A stretch of DNA of 63,810 nt, counting the filler, from an uncultured bacterium (GTDB lineage: Bacteria > CAYJRR01), in assembly GCA_964372275.1 (NCBI GenBank). It is 6 parts of 6 records of this genome, joined end to end, with 100 filler letters (N's around TTAATTAATTAA, not from the genome) between each part and the next. Parts side by side here need not be neighbours in the genome. Positions count along the whole stretch, not along the records: positions 1 to 11,235 come from CAYJRR010000140.1; positions 11,336 to 22,559 come from CAYJRR010000141.1; 4 more parts are not named here. The stretch is one strand, 5' to 3'. The notes under the pieces are model-generated. The model was not told the origin of the DNA. It did no database searches and worked only from the letters and a program-made list of their open reading frames with translations. Below, one piece after another: positions 9,785 through 18,956 of this stretch. The translations under genes and the position numbers were made by a program. The first letter of the stretch is position 1. Each line of letters opens with the position of its first letter.

Positions 9785-10852
9785 ATGGAAGAGCGGAAAC
9801 GCCTCGGCGAGATCCTTCTGGAAGCGGGGGTCGTCGACAAGTTTCAGCTGAAGGCGGGCCTGAGCGAGCAGCAGAAGTGGGGGGGGCGCCTCGGAAACCA
9901 CCTGGTGCAGATGGGGTTCCTCACCGAGGAGCTGCTGGTCAAGGCGCTCTCCAAGCAGCTCAAGCTCCCGAACCTCGACCTGACGCAGGTCTCGATCCTT
10001 CCGGAGACGCTCGAGCTCGTCCCGATCGATCTGGCGGAGAAGTACCACCTGGTTCCGGTGGCGGTGAAGCTGGTCGCGGGGAAGCGCACGCTGATCGTGG
10101 CGATGAGCGATCCGACCAACGCAGACGCCCTCGACGAGCTCCAGTTCCGGACCGGCCACCTGATCCGCCCCGCGGTCGCCGGCGACGCGTCGATCGAGCT
10201 GGCGATCCGCCGCTTCTACTACGGCGACGCGGCGGCTGCGAGAGGCGTCGGGGAGCCGATCCCCTTGAGCGACGAGCCGCCGGCGGAGCCCGCGGAGCCG
10301 TTCGAAGAGCTGCCGATGGACGCGGCGCTGCCGTTGGAGGCGGCCTACGCCGCCCCGGTCGGCAGCCTCGAAACCGAAGTCCCCATGCGCGACTCCCTCG
10401 AGCGATCGGTCGAACGATCCGTCGAGCGGTCGGTGGAGACCTCCGTCGACGGGCCGGTGCTTCCGTTGGAACCGGGTCCGGCGGAGGCGGCGGTGGCCGC
10501 GATGGAGGGGGTTCCGGCGTGGGGCGTCGGCGATGCCGTTCGAAACGCCCGCGGCGAGCCGCCCGAGGCCTACGAGCCCACCGAGCCGGGCGAGCCGACC
10601 TACGCCAGCGATCTCGCCGCCGACGGGTCCCCTCCCGACTCGCTGACCGGCGCCTCGACCAACGACGCGGACGGCTCGGCGGAGACGACGCCCGTCCCGC
10701 TCGACGATCCGCTGGCCAGCCTGTCGCTCGAGACGGCGGAAGGGCGCGCGTTGCGCGCGCTGTGCGATCTGCTGATCGAGAAGGGCCTGGTCACGCCCGA
10801 CGAGATCGCCCGGCGCGTGCGGGCCACGCTGGCGCTTCTTCGCGGGGGGTGA
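9785..10852 (+). CDS. Stand-alone MshEN (GspE/PilB N-terminal) domain protein without ATPase
   Basis: Tandem RLGEILLEAG...L...L..Q and RLGNHLVQMG...L...L..Q motifs and VAMSDP; acidic linker; no Walker A. Confidence 0.85.
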   Translation: MEERKRLGEILLEAGVVDKFQLKAGLSEQQKWGGRLGNHLVQMGFLTEELLVKALSKQLKLPNLDLTQVSILPETLELVPIDLAEKYHLVPVAVKLVAGKRTLIVAMSDPTNADALDELQFRTGHLIRPAVAGDASIELAIRRFYYGDAAAARGVGEPIPLSDEPPAEPAEPFEELPMDAALPLEAAYAAPVGSLETEVPMRDSLERSVERSVERSVETSVDGPVLPLEPGPAEAAVAAMEGVPAWGVGDAVRNARGEPPEAYEPTEPGEPTYASDLAADGSPPDSLTGASTNDADGSAETTPVPLDDPLASLSLETAEGRALRALCDLLIEKGLVTPDEIARRVRATLALLRGG

Positions 10853-10862
10853 GCCGTCCCCG

Positions 10863-11235
10863 TCAGTCGGCCTGCTTCCGCAGGAAAGTGGGGATGTCGT
10901 ACTCGTCGTCGCCCAGCGGGAGGAGGCCGAGCTCCTTTGCCAGGCGGACCGGGTCCTCGGCGGTCTCCTCGCGGCGCTTGTTGCGGATCACGGTCGGGAT
11001 GTCGCGGTCTTCGCGGGTCACGGGGGTGACCGGGATGCCGTGGCGGGGGGTTTGGTAGGGGCGGGGCTTGGCCACCGGCTCGGGGGGCGTGACGGTGGCG
11101 ACGGAGGGCTCGCGGTCGAAGCCGGTGGCGATCACCGTTACCCGGATCTTGTCGCCGAGCGATTCGTCGATCACGGCGCCGAAGATGATGTTCGCGTCCT
11201 CGTGCGCCTGCTCCTGCACCAGCGTCGCCGCCTCG
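10863..11235 (-). CDS. ftsZ: Cell division protein FtsZ, C-terminal fragment (contig end)
   Basis: [19 protein letters not shown] and the C-terminal peptide [11 protein letters not shown]. Confidence 0.95.
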
Positions 11236-11335
11236 NNNNNNNNNNNNNNNNNNNNNNNNNNNNNNNNNNNNNNNNNNNNTTAATTAATTAANNNNNNNNN
11301 NNNNNNNNNNNNNNNNNNNNNNNNNNNNNNNNNNN
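11236..11335. other. Artificial contig-joining spacer
   Basis: 100 nt of N with central TTAATTAATTAA (stops in all six frames). Confidence 0.99.
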
Positions 11336-11625
11336 CGGCGGAGGCGGTCGAGACGGCCGGCGGCGATGCGCGCGATCCGCAGGCGGCCTTCGACCGGCGG
11401 GGCAATGCCCTCGTCGTCTGGATGCAGAACGACGGAACGCGGGACGCCATCTACGCCGCGCGCTACTACCAGGGGAGCTGGGGCGCGGCGCAGCGGATCA
11501 GCGACGCCGCGGCCGGAAACGCCGCGAACCCGCGCATCGCCGTCGACGGCGAGGGGCGCGCGCTCGCGATCTGGCAGCAGGTCGGCGTCTCCGGCACCGA
11601 CATCGCCAGCGCCCGTTTCGAATAG
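11336..11625 (+). CDS. C-terminal fragment of a beta-propeller-like repeat protein
   Basis: Two similar blades: DPQAAFDRRGNALVVWMQ...IYAARY and NPRIAVDGEGRALAIWQQ...IASARF. Confidence 0.7.
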
Positions 11626-11665
11626 ATCGGGGGGCCCGTGCGGCCGCCTCCCGCGCGAGCGCCCG

Positions 11666-12961
11666 TCACTCGTCGGGGGCGTTCACGGAGTAGGTGTTCG
11701 CGACGTGGTCGCGCATCCAGACGCCGAGGGAGACGCCGGTGACGTCGCCGATCCGTTCCACCGCGTCGACGCGAAGACTGCCGGCGCCGCAGCGGCGCTC
11801 GAACTCGGCGGCGAGCTGCCCCGCCTGCTTCTCGTCGAGCGCGTAGACGCGGAAGTTGCGGAAGTAGCGGAACGGCGGCCCGTAGGGATCATCCTCCGAC
11901 AGCGCCTCGAACACCTCGGGGTCGGTGACGTCCCCTTCGAGGATCACCATCCAGTCCCCGGCCTCCTCGCGCTCCTTCCCGTCGAGGCTGCGCAGCTCGA
12001 CCAGGACCTCCGGAGAGAAGGCCTGGTCGCGGAAGACCTGCTCGACCAGCTCCTCCGCCGGCCCTTTTAGCCCGTGGCGGTTGGCGTATCCCAGCGCCGC
12101 GGCGGCCGCCATCGCGATCCCGTGCGGATCCGACGATCGCCGGGCGAGACCGTACCCCTTCTCGCAGGCGAGCCAGCCGCCGTTGACGTCCCCGTCGCTC
12201 TCGACGCGATAGGCCGAGGCCATCACCGTGCGCCAGTCGTCGGGGGCGATCCGCGCCAGCTGTTCGGCGCTCTTCGCCACGCCAGCGGCGTCCCCCTGCC
12301 GCAGGGCGGTGACCGCGCGGTTGTAGTGGAGGCTGACGTTCTCGGGATCGAGGGACTCCGCCTTGTCGTAGGCGACCTTCGCGCGCTCGTACTCCTCGCG
12401 CTCGCTCTCGACGATCGCGAGCGAGATCCACTCCTGCGCGTCGTCCGGCTCGAGGGTGAGGTATCGCCGGTAGGCGTCGGCCGACTCGGTCAGGCGGTTC
12501 ATGCTGCGGAGACAGGCGGCGCGGTGGCAGTGACCGGGGGCGAACTCTTCGTGTAGCTCGATCGACTTCTCGTAGAGCTCGAGCGCCTCGCTGTAGACCA
12601 TCTCCCGCTCCAGGACGACCCCCAGGTAGAAGACCGGGACCGGGTTCTGCGGCTGGCGCTCGCGCATCCGCTGGAAGACGGCCTTGGCGTGCTCGTTCTC
12701 GTCCTGGTCGGAAAGCTCGACGCCGAACGCGACCATCAGCTCCTCGTCGTCCTCGCTGCCGGCGATCACCTCGGTGACGCGCTTCTCGAGCCCGTCGCTG
12801 TCCCCTTTGCGCCGCAGGCAGACGACCTCGAGCGCGAGCGCCCGTCCCTGCTGTTCCGATCCGAGCGCGTCGAAGGGGAGCTGCTTCAGGAGCCCGAGCG
12901 CCTGCTCCACGCTGCGGTCGAGCGCCTCGAGCACCTCCGCCAGCGGGTCCTCGTCCGCCAT
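11666..12961 (-). CDS. TPR protein with unknown acidic C-terminal domain
   Basis: TPR consensus repeats (FYLGVVLE, YRRYLTLEPDD, LHYNRA); GGAG upstream of ATG 12961. Confidence 0.8.
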   Translation of the reverse strand: MADEDPLAEVLEALDRSVEQALGLLKQLPFDALGSEQQGRALALEVVCLRRKGDSDGLEKRVTEVIAGSEDDEELMVAFGVELSDQDENEHAKAVFQRMRERQPQNPVPVFYLGVVLEREMVYSEALELYEKSIELHEEFAPGHCHRAACLRSMNRLTESADAYRRYLTLEPDDAQEWISLAIVESEREEYERAKVAYDKAESLDPENVSLHYNRAVTALRQGDAAGVAKSAEQLARIAPDDWRTVMASAYRVESDGDVNGGWLACEKGYGLARRSSDPHGIAMAAAAALGYANRHGLKGPAEELVEQVFRDQAFSPEVLVELRSLDGKEREEAGDWMVILEGDVTDPEVFEALSEDDPYGPPFRYFRNFRVYALDEKQAGQLAAEFERRCGAGSLRVDAVERIGDVTGVSLGVWMRDHVANTYSVNAPDE

Positions 12962-13146
12962 CGCTCCCGATAGGATCGCACGATCGCCGTCAATCAAACA
13001 AAGTGACACCGCGGCGTGCCCGTCGAACACATATCCGCGATTCACGACGCGCGCGCCTGACTCGAGCAGAAACTCCGCTTACCAGGCGAGGCATCGGAGA
13101 ACGGGGTCACGCTGCGCAAGCACGTGAATTCACGATCCACCCGTCA

Positions 13147-13162
13147 TGGCACCCCGGTTGCT
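13147..13162 (+). promoter_or_regulatory. Sigma54 (-24/-12) promoter
   Basis: TGGCACCCCGGTTGCT is an exact TGGCAC-N5-TTGCW match, 23 nt before ATG 13186. Confidence 0.75.
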
Positions 13163-13185
13163 TTTGGTCCGCACGCGTGGAAACC

Positions 13186-13794
13186 ATGAACCGAACGGCT
13201 CGACACCGGACCCCATTCGCCCGTCGTATCGCAGTCGCTTGCCTGGTTGCATCCACCACCGTGCCGACGATCGTACACGCGGACAACATGCGCTCGCTCG
13301 CGAACGTGGCGCGCAGCGCGATCATCGCACCCCCAAGGAACGTCTCGATCCACGGAGCGGCGTATCGGGAAACCGCGCGCGCGATCGTCCGTCGCGGGCA
13401 GCCGGTGGAACGTGCTGCCACCGTCATTGGAATCGTCGCGGAGCTCGCCGGCCTCGCCTCGGTCGACTTGGCGGCCGCTAGTTTCGTGGCCACCCTCGCG
13501 GCACCACCGGCCGCGCTGGGACTGGGAATCGCGAGTGCCGTCGCCGCAGGGATCATGCTCGTTGGTGCAACGACCGCCTGGTTGATGGATCGGCATGTCG
13601 ACCGCCGGATCCGCGCGCTGGAGAAGGCCGCCGGCGAGGAGGAGGCCTATGCTCTCCTCGTCGAAGCGATCCTCGAGTACCGAAGGGAGCGGGAGCGGGG
13701 GTCGCAAGGCGTCAATTCCCCGCGAAACGCCGCGACGCGTCCCGCCGCGCAATCGGTTCCAGGAACCGTGGCCGGCGCCGGCACCCTACGCTGA
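13186..13794 (+). CDS. Hypothetical exported/membrane protein
   Basis: Signal-like N-terminus ending IVHA, a long hydrophobic hairpin, and a sigma54 site upstream. Confidence 0.6.
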   Translation: MNRTARHRTPFARRIAVACLVASTTVPTIVHADNMRSLANVARSAIIAPPRNVSIHGAAYRETARAIVRRGQPVERAATVIGIVAELAGLASVDLAAASFVATLAAPPAALGLGIASAVAAGIMLVGATTAWLMDRHVDRRIRALEKAAGEEEAYALLVEAILEYRRERERGSQGVNSPRNAATRPAAQSVPGTVAGAGTLR

Positions 13795-13853
13795 GGTCTC
13801 CGTTCAAACTCGATGGCGCAATCGAGTCGCCGCCACGCGGTGCGCCGGCCCCG

Positions 13854-15347
13854 TCAATCAAACAGCCCGTGCAGGTACCAGCGACCGTCGTCGCGATCGC
13901 GGAAGATCCACCAGCGCGCCGCGCCCTCGGGACCGCCGGTCCGCACGCGCCAGTAGTCGCGATCGAAGGGGCGCTCCCACCACTCGCCGGAGAGCCGCTC
14001 GGGACCCGACGCCTCGACGATCCGGCGCCGCGCGCCGCGCGCGACCAGGACGGCGGCCTCCCCTTCGCGGGCGACGGCGACCGCCTCGGGCACCGGCAAC
14101 AGACGCAGCGGAAGAGCAGAAGGCCAAGGGCCGGAACGATCGGAAGACCGATGGCCGGTACGATCGGGAGGATCGCGCTCCGGCAGCGGCGGCGCGCGGA
14201 CGAAGGCGCGCTCGGGGCGGTATTCGTCGGCGAGCGCCGCAGAGAAGACCCCCTCTTCGCCGAAGGCGCTCGCCAGGCGGCCGAGCGTCGTCTCCAGCCG
14301 CTCCGGGAACGGCATCGCGCGTCCGTCGAGGGAACGCTGCGTGCGGCGGGCGGGGACCGTCTCCACCGCCTCCAGCGCGATCTCTCGCACCGGCCCCGGC
14401 AACGAGACGCGGGCGAGCGTCTCGCGCGCCACCTCCAGGATCGTCCGGGCCGAGACCGTCGGCCGCGGCAGCCGGATCTCGACCGCCTGCGACGAGACCG
14501 CCGGGCGGCGGATTGCGCCCGCGTCGCCCCATCCCTCCTCGAGCACCAGGTGCACCGCCAGCTTCGCCGCCGCGGCCCCTCGTCCGGCGAGTCGCGCGCC
14601 GACGCGTTGGACGAGCGTCTTCAAGGTGAAGAGGATCGGCTCCAGCCGGTCGAGCGGCGCGGGGGGCTCGATCCGTTCGAACAGCGCCTGGGGGAGTGGG
14701 AACGGTTCGAGCGGCGTCGCGTCGTCGCCGCGGGCCCGCGCCGACCAGCCCGCGGCCGGCGCGCCGAACCGCCGCGCGAGCGTGTCGGCGGGCAGCCGCG
14801 CCAGGTCGCCGAGCGTGGCGATCCCCAGCCGCGCGAGGACCTGCGCCGCCCGCGCGTCGAGCGGGAGGGCCGCGACCGGCCGCGTCGCCAGCGCCTCGCG
14901 CTCCCCCCCCGGCGGCACCACGGTCCCGGCGGGCGCAGGGGGTCCGGGGGAGGCCCCCGGAGAGCCCGAAGGGCGTAACGACCCGAAGGCGGCGACGGTG
15001 CGCGCGGTGAAGCGGTTGCCGGCGATCGCCGCCCGGGCCTCGAACCCGGCGCGCGCCAGGGCGGCGCGCAGCCGCGCGGGGAGCGGTCCCTCGTCGCGCG
15101 CGCCGGTCACGTCGACGAAACCGGTCTCCCAGGCCGCGGCGATCTCCACGCGGGGCCCGAAGCCGGAGAGCACCTCCGCCACCGCGATCCACGCCGCCTC
15201 CCGCGTCATCGCGTCGGGCGACCGGAGCGGAGACTCCGCCGCGTCCCCGAGCTCCCGTCCTTCGACGAACGTCGCGGGCGGATGCCCCGCCGCGCGGAGC
15301 GCCACCTGCCGCGAGAACCCCGGGAGATGGGCGGCCAGCAGACGCAT
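13854..15347 (-). CDS. imuB: ImuB, inactive Y-family polymerase-like mutasome scaffold
   Basis: LPVAAL-like RPVAALPL...LARLGIATLGDLARLP...LARRFG, QRSLD clamp-binding-like motif, and C-terminal GPERLSGEWW...RDYWRV...WIFRD...WYLHGLFD; no catalytic DE motif. Confidence 0.92.
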   Translation of the reverse strand: MRLLAAHLPGFSRQVALRAAGHPPATFVEGRELGDAAESPLRSPDAMTREAAWIAVAEVLSGFGPRVEIAAAWETGFVDVTGARDEGPLPARLRAALARAGFEARAAIAGNRFTARTVAAFGSLRPSGSPGASPGPPAPAGTVVPPGGEREALATRPVAALPLDARAAQVLARLGIATLGDLARLPADTLARRFGAPAAGWSARARGDDATPLEPFPLPQALFERIEPPAPLDRLEPILFTLKTLVQRVGARLAGRGAAAAKLAVHLVLEEGWGDAGAIRRPAVSSQAVEIRLPRPTVSARTILEVARETLARVSLPGPVREIALEAVETVPARRTQRSLDGRAMPFPERLETTLGRLASAFGEEGVFSAALADEYRPERAFVRAPPLPERDPPDRTGHRSSDRSGPWPSALPLRLLPVPEAVAVAREGEAAVLVARGARRRIVEASGPERLSGEWWERPFDRDYWRVRTGGPEGAARWWIFRDRDDGRWYLHGLFD

Positions 15348-15352
15348 CCCAT

Positions 15353-15388
15353 GAGGATACGATACGTATGTATCGTCCTCAAGAACGG
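15353..15388 (-). promoter_or_regulatory. imuB promoter with palindromic operator (copy 1)
   Basis: Minus strand TTGAGG-17 nt-TATCCT, 6 nt before the ATG; ACGATAC-N4-GTATCGT fills the spacer; 33/36 identical to 19684-19719. Confidence 0.8.
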
Positions 15389-15405
15389 CGGGTCGATACC
15401 GGCGA

Positions 15406-16338
15406 TCACTCTGGCTTGCCGCCCTCCTCGTGGATCCACTCCACCATCGCAACCAGGTCCGAGATCTCCGTATCCGTCAGGTGCCCCGCATACGCGGGCA
15501 TCTTGATCGGCTGGCGATCGAGGAAGACCTTCGCGGCCGGGTTGCGTGCGAGGCGCGCCACGTTTCCGTCGCGGATCCACGCCTCGACCTCCGCGCGATC
15601 GTTCGCCAGTTCGCGAAGGTCTTCGCCGAAGAATCCCGGGATGTATCCCTTGAATGAGCCTGCATTCGCGATCCCGCCGCTACCCCTCGGGCCGTGACAT
15701 GCGAAGCAGCCGTTCCGCGCCGCGATGTCGAAGCCGCGCCGTACGTCCTCGTCGGGAGGCGCATCCTTCGGAGAGAGCGCGACGATGTAGGCGACCAGAT
15801 CGTCGGCCTGCGCGTCGGTGACGTGACTGCGGAACGCCGGCATCTTCATCAGGCCCTCATGCTCGTCGGGGACCGGCGTCTCCGTGCCGCGTCCTCCATG
15901 GTCGTGCGGGTGCCCGCCCGCCGGTGACGCCGCCGGAGTCGGCGAGTGCCTCGTACCGCCGTGCGCGAAAATCGGAACGGCCGCCGCGAGCAGAATATCT
16001 GCCGCAGACTCGACGCGGGCCGTGACCTTCCCGTCCGGATCGCCCCACAGGATCCAGTTTCGAAGCTCCTCGACGCTCTCCGCGTACTCCCACGGTACGC
16101 CGCGCGTGAATGCAGGCACCGGATCCGGTGAGCCCGGATCGGGAACACCGCCGGTGCCACCTGGACCGTGACAGGAGAAGCACCCGAACCGTTCGGCGAG
16201 AATCCGTCCCCGGGCCGGTGCGCTGATCTCGGGCGGCGCGATCGCGGCGTGCCACATCGCCGGCAACATCCATGGAAGTGCCGCAACCACCACGGCGATC
16301 ACCGCAAGGCCCAGGATCGATCGTTCGCGTTTCGTCAT
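15406..16338 (-). CDS. Membrane-anchored diheme c-type cytochrome
   Basis: CFSCH and CFACH motifs in two homologous domains, each with an MPA Met ligand; N-terminal hydrophobic anchor; His-rich insert. Confidence 0.88.
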   Translation of the reverse strand: MTKRERSILGLAVIAVVVAALPWMLPAMWHAAIAPPEISAPARGRILAERFGCFSCHGPGGTGGVPDPGSPDPVPAFTRGVPWEYAESVEELRNWILWGDPDGKVTARVESAADILLAAAVPIFAHGGTRHSPTPAASPAGGHPHDHGGRGTETPVPDEHEGLMKMPAFRSHVTDAQADDLVAYIVALSPKDAPPDEDVRRGFDIAARNGCFACHGPRGSGGIANAGSFKGYIPGFFGEDLRELANDRAEVEAWIRDGNVARLARNPAAKVFLDRQPIKMPAYAGHLTDTEISDLVAMVEWIHEEGGKPE

Positions 16339-16418
16339 GCGGGCACTGTAGTCACGCGGGGCCGTCATCCGGAAGTCAGGCGCTTTCGGAGCCGCACCCG
16401 TTGTGGAATTCTCGGCGG

Positions 16419-16997
16419 ATGCAAACGTTCGAGATCCGTGTCGCCGTATCGAACAGCCACGTCCATCTGTCCGAGGCTCATCTTCACGAGCTCGTCGGCG
16501 CCTCGCCGGCTCCCGAAGCATGGCGCGGCCACGCGTCGTTCGACCCCTCGGCGCTCCGCATCAACGTCCGAGGACCGAAGGGTGCCATCGCGATGCGCCT
16601 GCTCACACCATGCACACGGGAAACCTGGGTGGAGTTGAGCCGCACCCACGCACGGCAGATCGGAGTCGATCCTCCGCTGGCGGCGGGCGAGCTTTCCGCA
16701 GGAGAGCTCTCGCTCGAGGGGCCGCGGGGATCGATCCGAGTCCGGAAGAACGTGATCCTCGAGCGCCGCCACCTGGAGCTGCTTCCGGTGGACGCCGAGC
16801 GTTGGGGGCTGTCGGAGGGCCAGCGCGTGGAAGCAGAGATCGAAGGGCCCCGGGCCGTGATCTTCCGCGAGGTCGAGACACGGATCCTGGCGAACGCGCG
16901 AGAAGGATTCGAAAGTGTGCTGGAGGTGGACCGTGACGAGGCAAACGCGGCGCTCATCGATCACGGCGCGCGAGCCCGCATACGCGTCCCGGCCTGA
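16419..16997 (+). CDS. PduL-family phosphate acyltransferase-like protein (divergent)
   Basis: VSNSHVHLS, GPKG, VELSRT.A, GPRG, RRHL and D.DEANAA align with the two-repeat PduL pattern. Confidence 0.75.
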   Translation: MQTFEIRVAVSNSHVHLSEAHLHELVGASPAPEAWRGHASFDPSALRINVRGPKGAIAMRLLTPCTRETWVELSRTHARQIGVDPPLAAGELSAGELSLEGPRGSIRVRKNVILERRHLELLPVDAERWGLSEGQRVEAEIEGPRAVIFREVETRILANAREGFESVLEVDRDEANAALIDHGARARIRVPA

Positions 16998-17075
16998 TCT
17001 GCCCGCGATCGCCGACCGCGGCGGTTCCCCCGCGAGGCGATGCGGTACGTGCCCATCGTTGCCGTGACGCGTGAG

Positions 17076-18926
17076 CTACGGCGCGGGCGGGCGGGCCCAG
17101 ACCTCGATCGGGGTCCCTTCCATCGAGACGACCCGCGCGGCGCGCCGGTAGCCGCGCTCGGCGGCGAGGCGCTCGAGCTCCGCGGCGATCTCGCGCTGGC
17201 CGCTCGGACCCCCTCTGCGGAACGCCTCCTCGTGGAAGCGCCAGGCCTCCTCCGGGAGGTCGACCACCACCGCCACCGCGGGCGGGGATTCGCGCAGCCG
17301 GCGGGCGTCGGCGCGCGCGCAGTCGTCGGAGCAGACGTCGAAGTAGTGCGTCACCGAGAAGGTGGCGATCGGGCGATCGGCGAGCAGCGCGAAGAGCGGG
17401 ACGTGCGGGAAGGTGACGATCGGCTCGCCGGCGCGGCTGTTGGCGCGGACGGCGTCGACGATCCCGGTGACGGCGCGCGCCGTCTCGGGGTTCAGCCGCA
17501 ACCCGCGAAGCGCGGGCAGGTCGACCGTCTCGGTCGCGGTCCGGACCGGCGGCTCGCGCCAGCCCCACCACTGGTAGGGCCAGGCGTACTTCTGGTGCGC
17601 GCAGAGGGCGAGGAGGACGATCCCGCCGGCGGCGACGGCGATGCGCGCGGCCGCCGCGCGCGAGCGGAGGACGGCCGCGAGCGCCACGCCGAGCGCGGGG
17701 AGCGCCGCGTGCTCCTCGAGGGTGAAGGAGAGGCCGTGCGCCCACATCGTCGCCAGCGAGACGAGCGCGAGGAGCCGCCACGGCGCGAGGCGCCCGCGCA
17801 GCGATGCCGCCAGGATCGCCGCCATCGCGATGAACGCGACGCGCACCAGCGCGAGCTTGGCCTCGTAGAAGCCGGAGGCCTTGTAGGTGGCGGCGAAGAA
17901 CGCCTCCGCGAACCACGGCAGCAGGAGGGCGCCGGCGCCGACCGCCATCCACGCCGCGACCGGGAGCTCCCCCCCCCCACGGCGCGCGCCGCCGTCCCCA
18001 GGGCCCTCACCGGCGCCTCCGGCAGCGGCGTCGCCGGGTGCCGCCGCGCGCCCCTCCCGGTGACGCCACCACGCGTAGAGACCGGCGATCGCGCCGGCCG
18101 CCACGAGCTCGCGCACGCCGAGCAGCCGGGGCAGGAATCCGAACAGCGCCGTCACGAGCGACCCTTTCGCCGCCGCCCCGGAACGGAAGACCTGGTCGAC
18201 GCAGGGGACGAGCGCCCCGTGCGCGGCGAGCACCGCCGCCGCGAGAACGACCGGGGTCGCCGCGCCGGCGAGGTAGAGCGCCGGATCGCGATACCGGGCC
18301 GGTCGTCGGACGGTCGCGGCCGGATCGTTCGCGTCGCGCGCGCGGAGGAGGAGCTCGGCGGCGATCGCCGCCGGGACGAACAGCCCGGTCGTCTGCTTGG
18401 TCAGGAAGGCGAGCCCGCCGAGCGCCCCGGCGGCGGCGAGGCGCGCGCGCGCGGCGCCCGGCCGCGGGGCGCCGCCGTCCCCGGACGCCGGGTCGCCGCG
18501 CTCGGCGAGGAGCCACGCCGACAGGAGCGCGAAGAGCAGGCAGGTCTGTTGGTAGCCGTAGACGAGGTCGGTGGTGAAGCTCCACGACACGACGCACGTG
18601 ACCAGCGCGAGGAAGGTGGCCTCCGACCGCCCCGCGGCCCGCCGATAGAGGGCGGCGAGCACGACCGCCGTGATCGCGCGTTCGACGATCCCGACCGCGC
18701 GCATCACGGCGAAGACGTTGCCGAAGATCGAGGTGACTCCGGTCAGGAGCCACAGATAGAGCGGCGGCAGGAAGGCGTGGAAGTCGCGATACGGGACGGA
18801 GCCAGCGCGGATCCGGTCGGCCATGGCGTGGAACCACCCCTCCTGGACCGGCAGGAATCGGTTCCAGAAGAGGAGGTGGTAGCCGACCACCACCGCCGCG
18901 AGCAGGAGTGCGTCCGAGCGTTTCAG
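17076..18926 (-). CDS. Polytopic membrane glycosyltransferase (GT-C, ArnT/PMT-like)
   Basis: EGW...PYRDF...PP N-terminal loop, LAFLTKQT, many TM helices. Start uncertain (CTG 18926 or GTG 18893). Confidence 0.72.
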   Translation of the reverse strand: MKRSDALLLAAVVVGYHLLFWNRFLPVQEGWFHAMADRIRAGSVPYRDFHAFLPPLYLWLLTGVTSIFGNVFAVMRAVGIVERAITAVVLAALYRRAAGRSEATFLALVTCVVSWSFTTDLVYGYQQTCLLFALLSAWLLAERGDPASGDGGAPRPGAARARLAAAGALGGLAFLTKQTTGLFVPAAIAAELLLRARDANDPAATVRRPARYRDPALYLAGAATPVVLAAAVLAAHGALVPCVDQVFRSGAAAKGSLVTALFGFLPRLLGVRELVAAGAIAGLYAWWRHREGRAAAPGDAAAGGAGEGPGDGGARRGGGELPVAAWMAVGAGALLLPWFAEAFFAATYKASGFYEAKLALVRVAFIAMAAILAASLRGRLAPWRLLALVSLATMWAHGLSFTLEEHAALPALGVALAAVLRSRAAAARIAVAAGGIVLLALCAHQKYAWPYQWWGWREPPVRTATETVDLPALRGLRLNPETARAVTGIVDAVRANSRAGEPIVTFPHVPLFALLADRPIATFSVTHYFDVCSDDCARADARRLRESPPAVAVVVDLPEEAWRFHEEAFRRGGPSGQREIAAELERLAAERGYRRAARVVSMEGTPIEVWARPPAP

Positions 18927-18956
18927 ACGCCCATCGTATCCGTTCCCCCCGCCGTC

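Noticed and set aside
18933-18941. 9-bp half-copy (GGATACGAT) of the imuA/imuB motif after the imuA stop
   Set aside because: It has no second half-site and is inverted; it is explained adequately as a -10 hexamer.
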